The position numbers and the translations under genes are program-made. Below are positions 23,151 through 36,629 of a DNA stretch of 64,000 nt, one piece after another. Below the pieces are notes generated by a model, which saw nothing but the letters and a program-made list of their open reading frames with translations, had not been told where the DNA came from and searched no databases. Position 1 is the stretch's first letter, and each line of letters starts with the position of its first letter. The DNA is from Octopus vulgaris (Eukaryota). The DNA is taken from contig OX597828.1 of NCBI GenBank assembly GCA_951406725.2, forward strand, positions 42,160,001 through 42,224,000, in the 5' to 3' direction.

Positions 23151-24420
23151 AAGCGGCGAGCTGGCAGAAACGTTAGCACGCTTGGCGAAATGCTTGGCGG
23201 TATTTTACGTTCTGAGTTCAAATTCCGCCGAGGTCGGTTTTTTCCTTTCATCCTTTCGGGGTCGATTAAATTAAGTACCAGTTACGCATTGGGGTCGATA
23301 TAATCGACTTAATCCCTTTGTCTGTCCTTGTTTGTCCTCTCTGTGTTTAGCCCCTTGTGGGCAGTAAAGAAATAGGTATTTCGTCTACTGTTACGTTCTG
23401 AGTTCAAATTCGGCCGAGTTCGACTTTGCCTTTCATCCTTTCGGGGTCGATAGATTAAGTACCAGTTAGTTACGCACTGGCGGTCGATGTAATCGACTTA
23501 ATCCCTTTACCTGACCTTGTTTGTCCCCTCTATGTTTAACTCCTTGTGGGCAATAAAGAAATAAGAAGCGTTAGCACGCCGGGCAAAATGCTTAGTGGTA
23601 TTTCGTCTGTCTTTATGTTTTGAGTTCGGCGGAATTTGAACTCAAAACATTCCGCCGAAGTCGACATTGCCTTTCATTCTTTTGGGGTCAATAAATTAAT
23701 TACCAGTTGCGTACTGGAGTCGATTTAATCGACTGCGCCCCCCACCCCCGCCAAAATTTCGAGCCTTGTGCATAGAATAGAAAAGAATATTTTTTGGAAT
23801 TAAGGCGGCGAGCTGGCAGAAGCGTGTGCACGCTGGGCGAAATGTTTGGTGGTATTTCACCTGCCGTTACGTTTTGAGTTCAAATTCCACCCAGGTCATT
23901 TTTGCCTTTCATCCTTTCGGGGTCGATAAATTAAGTACCAGTTACACATGGGGTCGATATGATCGACTTAATCCGTTTCTCTGTCCTTGTTTGTCCTCTT
24001 TGGGTTTAGCCCCTTGCGGGTAGTAAAGAAATAGGTATTTCGTTTGCCGTTACGTTCTGAGTTCAAATTCCACCCAGATCATCTTTGCCGTTCATCCTTT
24101 CGGAGTCGATAAATTAAGTACCAGTTACGCACTGGCGATCGATGTAATCGACTTAAACCCTTTGTCTGTCCTTGTTTGTCCCCTCTATGTTTAGCCCCTT
24201 GTGGGCAATAAAGAAATAAGAAGCGTAAGCGCGCCGGGCGAAATGCTTAGCGCTATTTAGTTATTCTGTACTTTCTGAGTTCGAATTACGCTGAACTCGA
24301 CTTTGTGTTTGTTTCCCTTTCGGGGTCGATAAACTGAGTACCAGTTGCGTACTGGGGTCGATCTAATCATCCGGACCCCACCCCCAAAATTTCAGGCCTT
24401 GTCCCTAGAGTAGAAAAGAA
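23151..24420 (+). mobile_element. Head-to-tail array of Meta-domain SINE units (two ~630-bp trimeric cassettes)
   Basis: Cassettes start at 23151 and 23802, each with three GAGTTC..CCTTTCGGGGTCGAT..AAGTACCAGTT units. Confidence 0.85.
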
Positions 24421-24890
24421 TATATTTTTAGACTTAAATTCCAATGAATATTTTGTTACTCTTGATATCTATTTAAACCTCAAAACTATTTTCAATATCC
24501 GTAATCTATTTGTGTCCTTGTTTATTTGTTTTCTTTCAGGTTAACCTTGCAAGTAAATAATTACAGTCACGAGAAGGAGACAAATATACTCAGCTCTATT
24601 CCTTCCCATACCTCTGTGTTAGATCCAATGTATTGTCATTGCATACGCTTGTTTTCTTTGCTAACTTTCAAAGGCCGTTGACCTCGTTTAGTACTGTATT
24701 ACATCACATACTTATTGACCAATAAATATCAAGTGTCAAGTAACCGTGGACTTACGATAAGAAAAAAAACTGACACTGCCTTCTTTATGCGGTTGTGTTT
24801 TGTTTCCTTTTTTGCTTTTTTAATTCAAAAGATCTTCCATTGTCCTTTTAGAGAAAGCTTCTACATAGTCACGCCCTCTGTTAGAAATAT

Positions 24891-25280
24891 ACTCTTTTAC
24901 TCTTTTAGTTGTTTCAGTCATTTGACTGTGGTCATGCTGGAGCACCGCCTTTAGTCGAACAAATCGACCCTAGGACTTATTCTTTGTAAGCCCAGTACTT
25001 ATTCTATCGCTAACTTACGGGGACCTGAACACACCACCATCGGTTGTCAAGCGATGTTGGGGGAACAAACACAGACATACAAACATATACACACACATAC
25101 ATATATAGACATATATACGACGGACTTCTTTCAGTTTCCGTCTACCAAATCCACTCACAAGGCTTTGGTTAGCCCGAGGCTATAGTAGAAGACACTTGTC
25201 CAAGGTGCCACGCAGTGGGACTGAACCCGGAACCATGTGGTTAGTATGCAAGCTACTTACCACACAGTCACTCCTACGCC
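24891..25280 (-). mobile_element. SINE family B, full length
   Basis: Reverse complement of the family consensus. Confidence 0.9.
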
Positions 25281-25624
25281 TATGCACAAAATTCCCTCAA
25301 GGTACATTTTGCTCTGTCATAAAAAGAACATCCGAATTATGTATTATGGTTTTCCTAAAATGATGGTGAGATGACCATATGTTCAATTTTTTTAAAAATC
25401 TCAAATTACGCCATATCGCCTTAGAAAGGGGAAGGCATTGCGTAACATCCTGAAATCACATTATCCTTTTCCTAAAATCAACGTGATCGTCACGACGGGA
25501 AAGCCTGTTATCATAATTGAATTCATTCAGGGCTGACATGGGATAAAACAATAACAAAACATCAGATTTATTAGATTTTCTGTGCGCAATTCCTGGCTCT
25601 GTAGAATTGTTTTATATACGCGTT

Positions 25625-25812
25625 TTAAATTTTGGCACATGGCCAGCAATTTCGTAGGAGTTGGGTAAGTCAATGCATCGACCCCAGTACTCAACTGGTT
25701 CGTATTTTATCGACCCTGAAAGGATGAATTTGAACTCAGAACATAAATATAAATAAAATATCGCTAAGCATTTTGATCGGCATGCTTACGATTCGTTTAG
25801 CTTCGCCGCCTT
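25625..25812 (-). mobile_element. Meta-domain SINE
   Basis: Reverse-complement head GGCGGCGAAGCT.. and Meta-like core. Confidence 0.7.
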
Positions 25813-25897
25813 AGAATTTTCTATGTATTGGTTTCAAATTTTGGCACAAGGCCAGTAATTTTGGGGAAGGGGGTTAAGTCGATGCATCGACCCCATC

Positions 25898-26077
25898 GCT
25901 CGACAACCGATGCTGGTGTGTTTATGTCCTCGTAACTTAGCGGTTCGAGAAAAGAGACCGATAGAATAAGTACTAGGCTTACAAAGAATAAGTCCTGGGG
26001 GTAGATTCGCTCGACTAAAGGCGATGCTCCAGCATGGCCGCAGTCAAATGACTGAAACAAGTAAGAGAGTAAAGAGT
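25898..26077 (+). mobile_element. SINE family B, 3' half
   Basis: GACAACCGATGCTGG...CAAGTAAGAGAGTAAAGAGT. Confidence 0.85.
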
Positions 26078-26236
26078 GGCAGAATCATTGGCGCCGCCTC
26101 AGGCTCCGTGATTAACGCCATTAATTTTGGCCTTTTACTGTTCTCAAATCCCGATGAGGTCATCTTGGCCTTTCATCCCTTTCTGGGTCGATAAAAGTAA
26201 GGGCCAGTCGAGTCTTAACGTCAATGTAATAGATGT

Positions 26237-26627
26237 TGGTTGGTTGGAAGCACTCCGTCGGTTACGACGACGAGGGTTCCGGTTGATCCGAATCAACGGA
26301 ACAGCCTGCTCGTGAAATTAACGTGTAAGTGGCTGAGCACTCCACAGACACGTGTATCCTTAACGTAGTTCTCGGGGATATTCAGCGTGACACAGAGAGT
26401 GACAAGGCCGGCCCTTTGAAGTACAGGTACAACAGAAACAGGAAATAAGAGTGAGAAAGTTGTGGTGAAAGAGTACAGCAGGGATCACCACCATCCCTGC
26501 CGGAGCCTCGTGGAGCTTTTAGGTGTTTTCGCTCAATAAACACTCACAACGCCCGGTCTGGGAATCGAAACCGCGATCCTATGACCGCGAGTCCGCTGCC
26601 CTAACCACTGGGCCATTGCGCCTCCCC
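26237..26627 (-). mobile_element. tRNA-Arg-like SINE (head A + tail X) inserted in a Meta-SINE, with a 12-bp TSD
   Basis: Head GGAGGCGCAATGGCCCAGTGGTTAGGGCAGCGGACTCGCGG..GGTTTCGATTCCC; tail ..GTAACCGACGGAGTGCTTCCAACCAACC; TSD TGTAATAGATGT at 26225-26236 and 26628-26639. Confidence 0.9.
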
Positions 26628-26854
26628 TGTAATAGATGTAACCCCTCCCTATAAAATTGAAGGTTTTGCGCCAAGATTTGCTATCATTCTGAGTACAGAC
26701 TCCGCTGAGGTTGAATTTTGCCTTTCATCCTTTCGGGGTCGATAAATTAAGTACCAGTTGCGTACTGGGGTCGATGTACTCGACTAGTCCACTCCGCTGA
26801 GATTTCAGGCTTTGTACTTTAGCAGAAAGGGTTTTTATTATTTGTAATACAGGC

Positions 26855-26865
26855 AGTAGTAGTAA

Positions 26866-26916
<51 letters not shown>

Positions 26917-26917
26917 C

Positions 26918-26962
<45 letters not shown>

Positions 26963-27044
26963 TGCAGTAGCGGTGGTAGTAGTAGTAGTAGTAGTAGTAA
27001 AAGTAGTAGTAGTGGTGGTAGTAGTAGTAGTAGTAGTTGCAGTA

Positions 27045-27084
<40 letters not shown>

Positions 27085-27170
27085 AAGAAGAAGAAGAAGA
27101 AGAAGAAGAAGAAGAAGAAGAAGAAGAATGTTGTGCTGATCTGATGATATTAACAACGATACAATGATGG

Positions 27171-27221
<51 letters not shown>

Positions 27222-27460
27222 GGTGGAGGAGGAGGAGAATGACGACGGATCCGATAATAATAACGGCGATGTTGATAATGATAATGATGGCGATGATGAT
27301 GATGATGCTGACGACAACGACGATGATGATCGCGATTATGATAATGACGGCAACAACGACAGTGTTGATGATGATGATGATGATGACGATGATGACGACG
27401 ACGACGACGACGATGATGGTGATGATAGTGATGATGATGATGATGATGGTGATGATTGTG
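26855..27460. repeat. Compound (TAG)n-(GAA)n-(GAT)n trinucleotide tract
   Basis: Seen directly. Confidence 0.95.
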
Positions 27461-27942
27461 ATCAAAAGCGAAGAAATAAGAGATGACGGCAGCTACAATA
27501 ACAAGAAGAAGACTGTTAACAAGATTAAAGATCACTCAGCAGCTACACGCGACCTCTCTGACACCCGGGGTAGATTTATTTCAAATTCTCGTCAGTTTTA
27601 CCCCCCGAGAGGAAATGAAGTAAGACTGATGCTTTCTGTATAGCTAACCATATTCTTCAATGCGGCATTGTGTTCCACTTGGTTTTATATTTATTATTGA
27701 TATAAGGGGTATTATTTGAGCTGTGGTTGTAACGTTGCAGCTGCTTGTCCTTGTTGATGTTGTTGTTGTTGTTGTTGTTGTTGTTTGCCGTGGCTAGTAG
27801 ATATGTATCTAAGAATTCTGTACACTCAAGTACCTCACTAAAATTGGCGCATCTAGTAAACACATAACCTGTTGGCTAATACATGTGCCATAATTATATA
27901 TGCGAATGTATATGTATCTACATATATATGTGTGTATGTATG

Positions 27943-27981
<39 letters not shown>

Positions 27982-28159
27982 ATGTATGTATGTATGTATG
28001 TATGTATGTATGTATGTGTGTGTGTGTATGTATGTATGTATGTATGTGTGTGTGTGTGTATGTATGTATGTGTGTATGTATGTATGTATGTGTGTGTATG
28101 TATGTATGTATGTATGTATGTATGTATGTATGTGTGTGTGTGTGTGTGTATGTATATGT

Positions 28160-28454
28160 GGAGGCGCAATGGCCCAGTGGTTAGGGCAGCGGACTCGCGG
28201 TCGGAGGATCGCGGCTTCGATTCCCAGACCGGGCGTTGTGTATGTTTATTGAGTGAAAACACCTAAAAGCTCCACGAGGCTTCGTCAGGGTGTAGGTGGG
28301 GATGGTAGCGACCCCTGTTGTACTCTTTCGCCACAACTTTCTCTCACACTCTCTTCCTGTTTCTTGAGTAACGCTGCAATGGACTGTCGTCCCGTCCAGC
28401 TGTGGGGGGGGGGCATACGCCACAGAAACCGGGAAATCGGACCCATGAGCTTGG
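28160..28454 (+). mobile_element. tRNA-Arg-like SINE (head A + tail Y)
   Basis: Shares the first ~200 bp with 26237-26627, then AACGCTGCAATGGACTG..CATACGCCACAGAAACCGGGAAA..CCCATGAGC. Confidence 0.85.
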
Positions 28455-28475
28455 TAGTGATAATGATGATGGTGG

Positions 28476-28511
<36 letters not shown>

Positions 28512-28635
28512 CGACAACGACGATGATTATAGCGATTTTGATAATGACGGCAACGACGATGATTATAGCGATTTTGATAATGACGGCAACGACGAGTGTT
28601 GATGATGATGAAAAGGGCGACGTTTATGTATATAC

Positions 28636-28676
<41 letters not shown>

Positions 28677-28699
28677 CGTATGGATATGTTAATTTGTAG

Positions 28700-28893
28700 T
28701 CAGAAACTAGCATCCCAAACACATGGTTCTGGGTTCAGTCCCACTCCGTCGCACCTTGGGCAAATGTCTTCTACTGTGGCCTCGGGCCGACCAAAGCCTT
28801 GTGAGTGGATTTGGTAGACGGAAACTGAAAGAAGCTCGTCGTATATATGAATATGTATATGTATGGATGTGGGTGTGTCTATATATATATATA

Positions 28894-28957
<64 letters not shown>

Positions 28958-29198
28958 CACACATATATATATATATGCGCATATGTATATATGTATGTGT
29001 GTGCATTTGTTTCCCCTTCCCCACTTGGCAACCGGTGCTGGTGCGTTTACGTCCCTGTAACCTAGTGGTTCATCAAAAGAGTCTGATAGAATAAGTTCTA
29101 GGCTTTGAAAAATGTCCTGGGGTCGATTTCTTCAACTAAAACCCTTCAAGGCGGTGTTTCAGCATGGCCGCAGTCAAGTGACCGAAACAAGCACAAGA
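28700..29198 (+). mobile_element. SINE family B with expanded internal (TA)n
   Basis: Both halves recognisable. Confidence 0.8.
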
Positions 29199-29200
29199 AT

Positions 29201-29276
<76 letters not shown>

Positions 29277-29280
<4 letters not shown>

Positions 29281-29460
29281 GAAATTTACAGAAAAACAAA
29301 AGACGAAGACAGGTGTATAAACAACAAAAAGATGTATTAGTTTAACGCTGGGGAAGTGAGAAAGTCTTTTATGTTTCGAGCCTACGCTCTTCAACAGAAA
29401 GGAACGCGAAGAAATAAACAAAGAAAGAATAAAAAAAGAAGCTTGTAGATTGAGCAATCA
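29277..29460 (-). mobile_element. PLE-type repeat with a minimal hammerhead-like motif (29365-29402)
   Basis: Minus strand CTTT-CTGTTGA-A-GAGCGTAGGCTC-GAAACATA-AAAG. Confidence 0.65.
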
Positions 29461-29464
29461 ATCA

Positions 29465-29670
29465 TGTTTGTGCGTCTGTGTTTATCCCCACTTCACCATC
29501 GCCTGACGACCGATGCTGGTGTGTCTACGTCCCCTAACATAGTGGTTCGGCGAAGGAGACCGATAGAATCAGTATTAGGCTTACAAAGAGTAAGTCCTGG
29601 GGTCGATTTGTTCGACTAAAGGCGATGCTCCAGCATGGCCGCAGCCATGTGACTGAAACATGTAAAAGAA
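29465..29670 (+). mobile_element. SINE family B, 3' half
   Basis: ACCGATGCTGGTGTG...AAGGCGATGCTCCAGCATGGCCGCAG. Confidence 0.8.
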
Positions 29671-29946
29671 TCTTTTTTGAAATATGGTGGGAATTGAACT
29701 GGGAACGAACATGCAGGTAGCTAAGCATGGTACGGTATTTCGTTCGACCTTTGACCGCTGCTGGCAATATACTCTGGAGAGCAGAGAACAATATCTGCGT
29801 TTAATAAAATATAACTATTATTGGGAATAGAATTAAAAGAAGCAAAGTTAAAGACAAACAAACAAACAAACAAACAAGAAAGTGACTTTCTGGTTATAGA
29901 TTGATTCTCTGTCTTGGAATATTGACAATAAACAAATAAATAAATA

Positions 29947-30009
<63 letters not shown>

Positions 30010-30377
30010 TCAAACAGAAATTTGTTAAAACAAAAACAAGCGAAAACATCAAATTGAAAAAAAAAAAAAAGATGAAGACAAACAACTTGAAAAAAAGGAA
30101 ACGGACAAAAAAATTCTTGGAAACTTCATTTCTGTTATTTGTTGCTTATTGCTGTTGTTTGTTGTTGTTGTTGCTGTTGTTTGTTGTTGTTGTTGTTGCT
30201 CAGCAGCATTGTCATCATCATCGTCTTATTCTTTTTCTTCTTCTTTCACTTTTCTTATTATGGTTACACGGACCACTCACACACACACAAAAGAAAAAAA
30301 GGAATAGAAATAAATTTAAAAATCTGGTCACAGAGAGATACACAAACATTTATAATACGCTGGGTATAGCTACATGT

Positions 30378-30582
30378 GTATGTATGTATGTATGTATGTA
30401 TGTATGTATGTATGTATGTATGTATGTATGTATGTATGTATGTATGTATGTATGTATGTACGTACGTACGTATGTATGTATGTATGTATGTACGTACGTA
30501 CGTATGTATGTATGTATGTATGTATGTATGTATGTATGTATGTATGTATGTATGTATGTGTGTATGTATGTATGTATGTATG

Positions 30583-30616
<34 letters not shown>

Positions 30617-30700
30617 CGTACGTATGTATGTATGTATGTATGTATGTATGTATGTATGTATGTATGTATGTATGTATGTATGTATGTATGTATGTATGCA
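30378..30700. repeat. (TATG)n tetranucleotide microsatellite
   Basis: Seen directly. Confidence 0.95.
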
Positions 30701-31019
30701 TGCATGCGTGTATATGTATGTGTACATACTTGTGCATGTACATAAGAGTATCTTGGTGTGTGTGTGTGTGAGTGTGTGTGTGTGTGTGTGGATATCATAT
30801 TTAAGTTACACACACTTACATACACACACACAGGTACTCACACACGTACTCAAACACACAGGCAGAAACGGATAAGATAAATGTGCGGTTACACAGGTAG
30901 ATAAAGATATATCTATATAAATACACACATACAAACACACGCACATACATAGATATACACCCACTGTATATATATATACACACACATATCTGCATACTCA
31001 CACACACACACACAGAGAC

Positions 31020-31050
<31 letters not shown>

Positions 31051-31448
31051 TAAATACACAAACACATTATATATATCTCCATATATATTATGTATAAATA
31101 TCTACACATATAGGTATGTTTACGTATGTGTATATATTTCTACATACGTATATAGATATTCTGTGAGAGAGAGAGAGAGGGAAACGCAGAGAGATTGACA
31201 ATTCTGGCAACAAGCAAGACCTCGTTAACACGCATCAAGGCATCCTGTCTAGTTGGTTCCAGTTTGCTGCTTGCAACGAAACACCTCACTTCCTGTTAGG
31301 TCACTTATTCGATTGAAAATGTTCTCAAGAATTCCGACATGTTTTTTTTTGGGGGGGGGGGGGTATGCCGGGGTGGAGAAAAAAATATGTTTTGTATTTA
31401 TTTTCTACTGCTTCTTCGTATTTATTCTCCTTTATTTTCTACTATCGC

Positions 31449-31491
<43 letters not shown>

Positions 31492-31660
31492 GATGTAATG
31501 GTGAGTGGTTAGAGGCATGATGGTTGAAGAGGTTTCCCTTTATTTAAATTTATAATAGAAAAATTCTGTCTTTCAAGTTTACTTCAAACCCTTACATTCC
31601 GCTTACATTGCGTTAGGTTTATCCTAGGTGTTGCACACTAATGCAAATATGTACGAATAT

Positions 31661-31709
<49 letters not shown>

Positions 31710-31762
31710 CATACATATATATATATATTTATATATATATATATACATACATATATTCCCCG

Positions 31763-31801
<39 letters not shown>

Positions 31802-31851
31802 CATATATTCCCCGTTATATATATATATATATATAAATATATATATATATG

Positions 31852-31914
<63 letters not shown>

Positions 31915-31918
31915 TATA

Positions 31919-31975
<57 letters not shown>

Positions 31976-32437
31976 GTATGTATGTATTCATAGAAGCGTG
32001 TATGTTGGTCATAAGTTCAATCTCGATGCGTGACGCATTCATCAAGTGTTCTCTACCATAGCCTTAGGTAGGTAGGTAGGTAGGCCAAGGTCTTGGAGTT
32101 GAAGTTCGGCAGACGTACACTATATGCAAGCACATCGGTGAAACAGTTTATTTGCTGAGAGAGTAGAGTTTTGCTTTTCTTCAGTCGGTTTCGTAGGGAA
32201 ACCCCGGCTCTTTGTTGGGCTGTCTTTAAGGCAGGCCACTTTGTTGGAAGTATTCGAGCCTGATCTCCTACACGTTTCTGGTGTCCTGTTGAAAGTCATA
32301 AGCAGCGTATGTTATAGTAATATAGTAATATATATATATAGTAATATAGTAATATATATATAGTAATATATATATATAATATTACTATATAATAATATAG
32401 TAATATATATATGTGTATATGTGTGTATATGTGTGTG

Positions 32438-32497
<60 letters not shown>

Positions 32498-32664
32498 CCA
32501 TACATATTCATATATGCGACGAGCTTCTTTCAGTTTCCGTCTACCAAATCCACTCACAAGGCTTTGGTCGGCTCGAGGCCACAGCAGAAGACATTTGCCC
32601 AAGGTGCAACGGAGTGGGACTGAACCCAGAACTCTGTTATAGTAATAGAAACATATCTATATAT

Positions 32665-33137
32665 TCTTTTCTACTCTAGGCACAAAGCCCGAAATTTTGG
32701 GTGAGGGAGCCAGTCGATTACATCGACCCCAGTACGCAACTGGTACTTAATTTATTGATCCCGAAAGGATGAAAGGCAATGTCGACCACGGTGGAATTTG
32801 AACTCAGGACGTAAAGACAGACACAATACCTATTTCTTTACTACCCACAAGGGGCTAAACACAGAGAGGACAAACAAGGACAGACAAACGGATTAAGTCG
32901 ATTATATCGACCCCAGTGCGTAACTGGTACTTAATTAATCGACCTGGAAAAGATGAAAGGCAAAGTCAACCTCGGCGGAATTCGAACTCAGAATGTAACA
33001 GCAGACGAAATACCTATTTCTTTACTACCCACAAGGGGCTAAACACAGAGGGGACAAACAATGACAGACAAACGGATTAAGTCGATGAGATCGAACTCAG
33101 TACGCAACTGCTACCTAATTTAACGACCCCGAAAGGC
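32665..33137 (-). mobile_element. Meta-domain SINE trimer
   Basis: Three reverse-complement units. Confidence 0.8.
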
Positions 33138-33249
33138 ATCTTGGGTACCTTCAGTCGCACACACACACACACACACATATGCACGCACATATACGCACAC
33201 ATCCCATCCACACAAACACATACATATGTATGCGCATGATATACATGTC

Positions 33250-33605
33250 TGGTAAGAAGCTTGTTTCTCAACCACATGGTTCCGGGTTCAGTCCCACTGC
33301 ATTTCACCTTGGATATGTGTCTTCTGCTATACCCTCGGGCCGACCAAAATCTTATGAGTGGATTTGGTAGACGGAAACTGATAGAAGCCCGTCGTATATA
33401 TGTATGTGTGTGTCTGTCTGTCTGTGCTTGTCCTCTCCACCATCGCTTGACAACTGATGTTGGTGTATTTTCGTCCCCATAACTTAGCGGTTCGGCAAAA
33501 TAGACCGATAGGATAATTACCTGGCTTACAAAGGGTTCAAGTTGTTCGACTAAAGGCGGTGCTCCAGCATGGCCGCAGTTAAATGACTGAAATAAGTAAA
33601 AGAAT
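33250..33605 (+). mobile_element. SINE family B
   Basis: GGTAAGAAGCTTG..GGTTCAGTCCCACTG...GACTGAAATAAGTAAAAG. Confidence 0.85.
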
Positions 33606-33753
33606 ATATATATACACGACATGCTTCTTTCAATTTCCGTCTATCAAATTGGATCGCAGAGTGAGATTGAACCTGAAACCACTTGATAGCAAAGCAACCT
33701 TTTTATCCACCATTCCACACCAGCATCTATATTTGTAACCTCGAAATAAAATA

Positions 33754-34337
33754 TTGGGTTGTCGGGAAAGTTCGTGCCGACTTTTAAAGGAAAGAAAAAG
33801 GTCAATAAATACTTGCCATTACATTTTTAATCAACCAAATATGAACCATTTTGTTGCACAATGCATCTCCATCTTTCCTTTAACTTGAAAATACCCTTTT
33901 CCCAGAACTGAGGTGGTTTCATGGCAAGGAATTCATCAAGGTATCTTTTTACGTCGTCCAAGGAATTTAAATTTTTACCATTAAGACTATTCTGCAGAGA
34001 CCAGAATAAGTGGAAATCCAAAGGAGCAATATCTGGTGAATATGGAGGGTGGGGTAACACATCCTAGCCAAGCTGCAGCAATTTTTGTCTAGTTCCCAAA
34101 TCATCAAGTGCTGAAAATGAACTTTCTTATCTTCCATTTTAAAGGGTTACAGAATTAACACAGGTTATAGGAACATAAACCTTCTTCCACGAAAAGATAG
34201 CTTAAAAGATTGCTTAAAAGATAGCTGTGTTCTTAATGGAGGTGTTGTCAAATCCTATTTTATTGACTCAACCATGTTCTAAAATAAGTCGAAAGGTAAG
34301 CTACTATAAATCGGTACGAACTTTCCGGACAACCCAA
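33754..34337 (-). mobile_element. Internally deleted mariner (DD34D) element
   Basis: TA-flanked ~30-bp TIRs TTGGGTTGTCCGGAAAGTTCGTGCCGA; encodes LPHPPYSPDIAPLDFHLF..SLQNSLNG...ERW..IVQQNGSY. Confidence 0.92.
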
Positions 34338-34642
34338 TAATATTTGTGCTTGCACTGTATCTGTGTAAAAATCTTCTTTCACTGGACACTTGTAAACTTC
34401 CTGACCTTGAAACTTTGTCACCTGATAGCAAATGCTTTTTATTTTTATTTCTTATTTTTAAATATCGATTATTTACCTCAAGCTTCAAAAGAATGTCAAA
34501 TGCAACAGTGTGGCTTTGTAGGTTACACTAGCTCTAGATTTCAAACTGATACCACTCAGGTTATTGTTTATAACGTTGTCGTTATATAAAGGCGTCACCA
34601 GAAAAATTACGTAGCCAAATTATTTCACAGTAATTCTAATTG

Positions 34643-34682
<40 letters not shown>

Positions 34683-34718
34683 ATGATGTTATATATATAT
34701 ATATAATATGCATACATG

Positions 34719-34752
<34 letters not shown>

Positions 34753-34753
<1 letters not shown>

Positions 34754-35173
34754 GCGCAGGAGTGGCTGGGTGGTAAGTAGCTTGCTAACCAGCCACATGG
34801 TTCAGGGTTCAGTCCCACTGCGTGGCATCTTGGGCAAGTGTCTTCTGCTATAGCCCCGGGCCGACCAAAGCCTTGTGAGTGGATTTGGTAGACGGAAACT
34901 GAAAGAAGCCTGTCGTATATATGTACATATATATATATATATGTATGTGTGTTTGTTTGTGTGTCTGTGTTTGTCCCCCTAGTATTGCTTGACAACCGAT
35001 GCTGGTGTGTTTATGTTCCCGTTACTTAGCGGTTCGGCAAAAGAGACCGATAGAATAAGTAGTGGACTTACAAAAAGAATGAGTCCCGGGGTCGAGTTGC
35101 TCGATTAAAGGCGGTGTTCCAGCATGGCTGCAGTCAAATGACTGAAACAAGTAAAGGAGTAAAAGAGTAAAGA
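34753..35173 (+). mobile_element. SINE family B, full length
   Basis: Family consensus from head to AAAGAG tail. Confidence 0.9.
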
Positions 35174-35242
35174 GCATACGTAAAAGTGTATATAAATATA
35201 TATAGAGGGAGAGATAGCTAGCTAGCTAGATAGCTAGCTAGC

Positions 35243-35317
<75 letters not shown>

Positions 35318-35364
35318 GTATATTCCTTTTAGTTTGCTCGTGTAGACAAATCGTACTAATTTAA

Positions 35365-35728
35365 CTATATGGTTCTGGGTTCAGTCCCACTGCGTGGCAC
35401 CTTGGGCAAGTGTTTTCTACTGTAGCCTCGGGCCGACTAAAGCCTTGTGAGTGGATTTGGTAGACGGAAACTGAAAGACGCCCGTCGTATATATGTCTGT
35501 ATATATGTATGTATGTATGTGTATGTGTTTTTGTGTTTGTACCCCCAACATCGCTTGGCAACCGATGCTGGTGTGTTTACATCCCCGTAACTCAGTGGTT
35601 CGGCAAAAGAGACCCCGCTAGAATAAGTACTAGGCTTACAAAGAATAAGTCCTAGGGCCGATTTGCTCGGCTAAAGGCGGTGCTCCAGCATGGCTGCAGT
35701 CTAATGATTGAATCAAGTAAAAGAGTAA
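35365..35728 (+). mobile_element. SINE family B, 5'-truncated
   Basis: Family consensus. Confidence 0.85.
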
Positions 35729-35802
35729 ATGTCAAAGCATCAATCCCTAAATACATCCATACACACTCAAACGTAGCAATGTATGTTTTTATATTATAAT
35801 TA

Positions 35803-36200
35803 TTTCTAGTCTGGGCACAAGATCTTGAAAATTTTAGGGGAAGAGGGCTAGTCGATTACATCGACCCCAGTGCGTAGATGGTACTTATTTTCATTGACCC
35901 CGAAAGGATGAAAGGCAAGGTTGATCTCGGCGAAATTTGAACTCAGAACGTAGCGGCAGGAAAAAATGCCCATTTCTTTACTACCCACAAGGGGATAAAC
36001 ACAGAGAGGACAAACAAGGACAGACAAACGGATTAAGTCGATTATATCGACTCCGGTGCGTAACTGTTACTTATTTAATCGACCCCGAAAGGATAAAAGG
36101 CAAAGTCGACCTCGGCGGAATTTGAACTCAGAACGTAACGGCAGACGAAATACCGCTAAGTATTTCGACCGGCGTGCTAACGATTCTGCCAGCTCGCCGT
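35803..36200 (-). mobile_element. Meta-domain SINE dimer
   Basis: Reverse-complement head and two units. Confidence 0.85.
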
Positions 36201-36265
36201 TCTCATTTTTGAGTTATAATGAAAACAATTTTACTGAATGATTACTCTGCTTGTTAAAGAATATG

Positions 36266-36296
<31 letters not shown>

Positions 36297-36629
36297 CATA
36301 CATACATACATACATACATACATACATACATACATACATACATACATACATACACATATCTATATGTATATATGTATGTATTTGTGTGTGTGTGTGTGTG
36401 TGTGAAGAGAGGGAGGGAGGGAGATGGAGAAAACAAGAAACAATGGTGTACATATCAGAGGACTGTAAATTCATAATGTCAAGAAGTTTTAGAAATATTA
36501 ACAAAATAAAGGAAAGAAAATAATTTCTGTCGAAATAATAAAGAAAAAGCTGGAGAGGCGCTGGCCCTGGCTGTGTAGCAGGAACCTTGCTTCCCATCTT
36601 ATGTTCCCATCCACATGCTCGTATGTTCA

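Noticed and set aside
23151-24420. CRISPR-like regularly spaced repeats
   Set aside because: The units are ~150-200-bp SINE modules with repeated linkers, in a eukaryotic context with no cas genes.
24540-24680. Exon after a strong acceptor (TTTTCTTTCAG)
   Set aside because: Short frame with no recognisable protein and no supported partner exon.
26555-26627. tRNA-Arg gene
   Set aside because: The tRNA-like segment lacks a proper acceptor stem and is the head of a TSD-flanked SINE.
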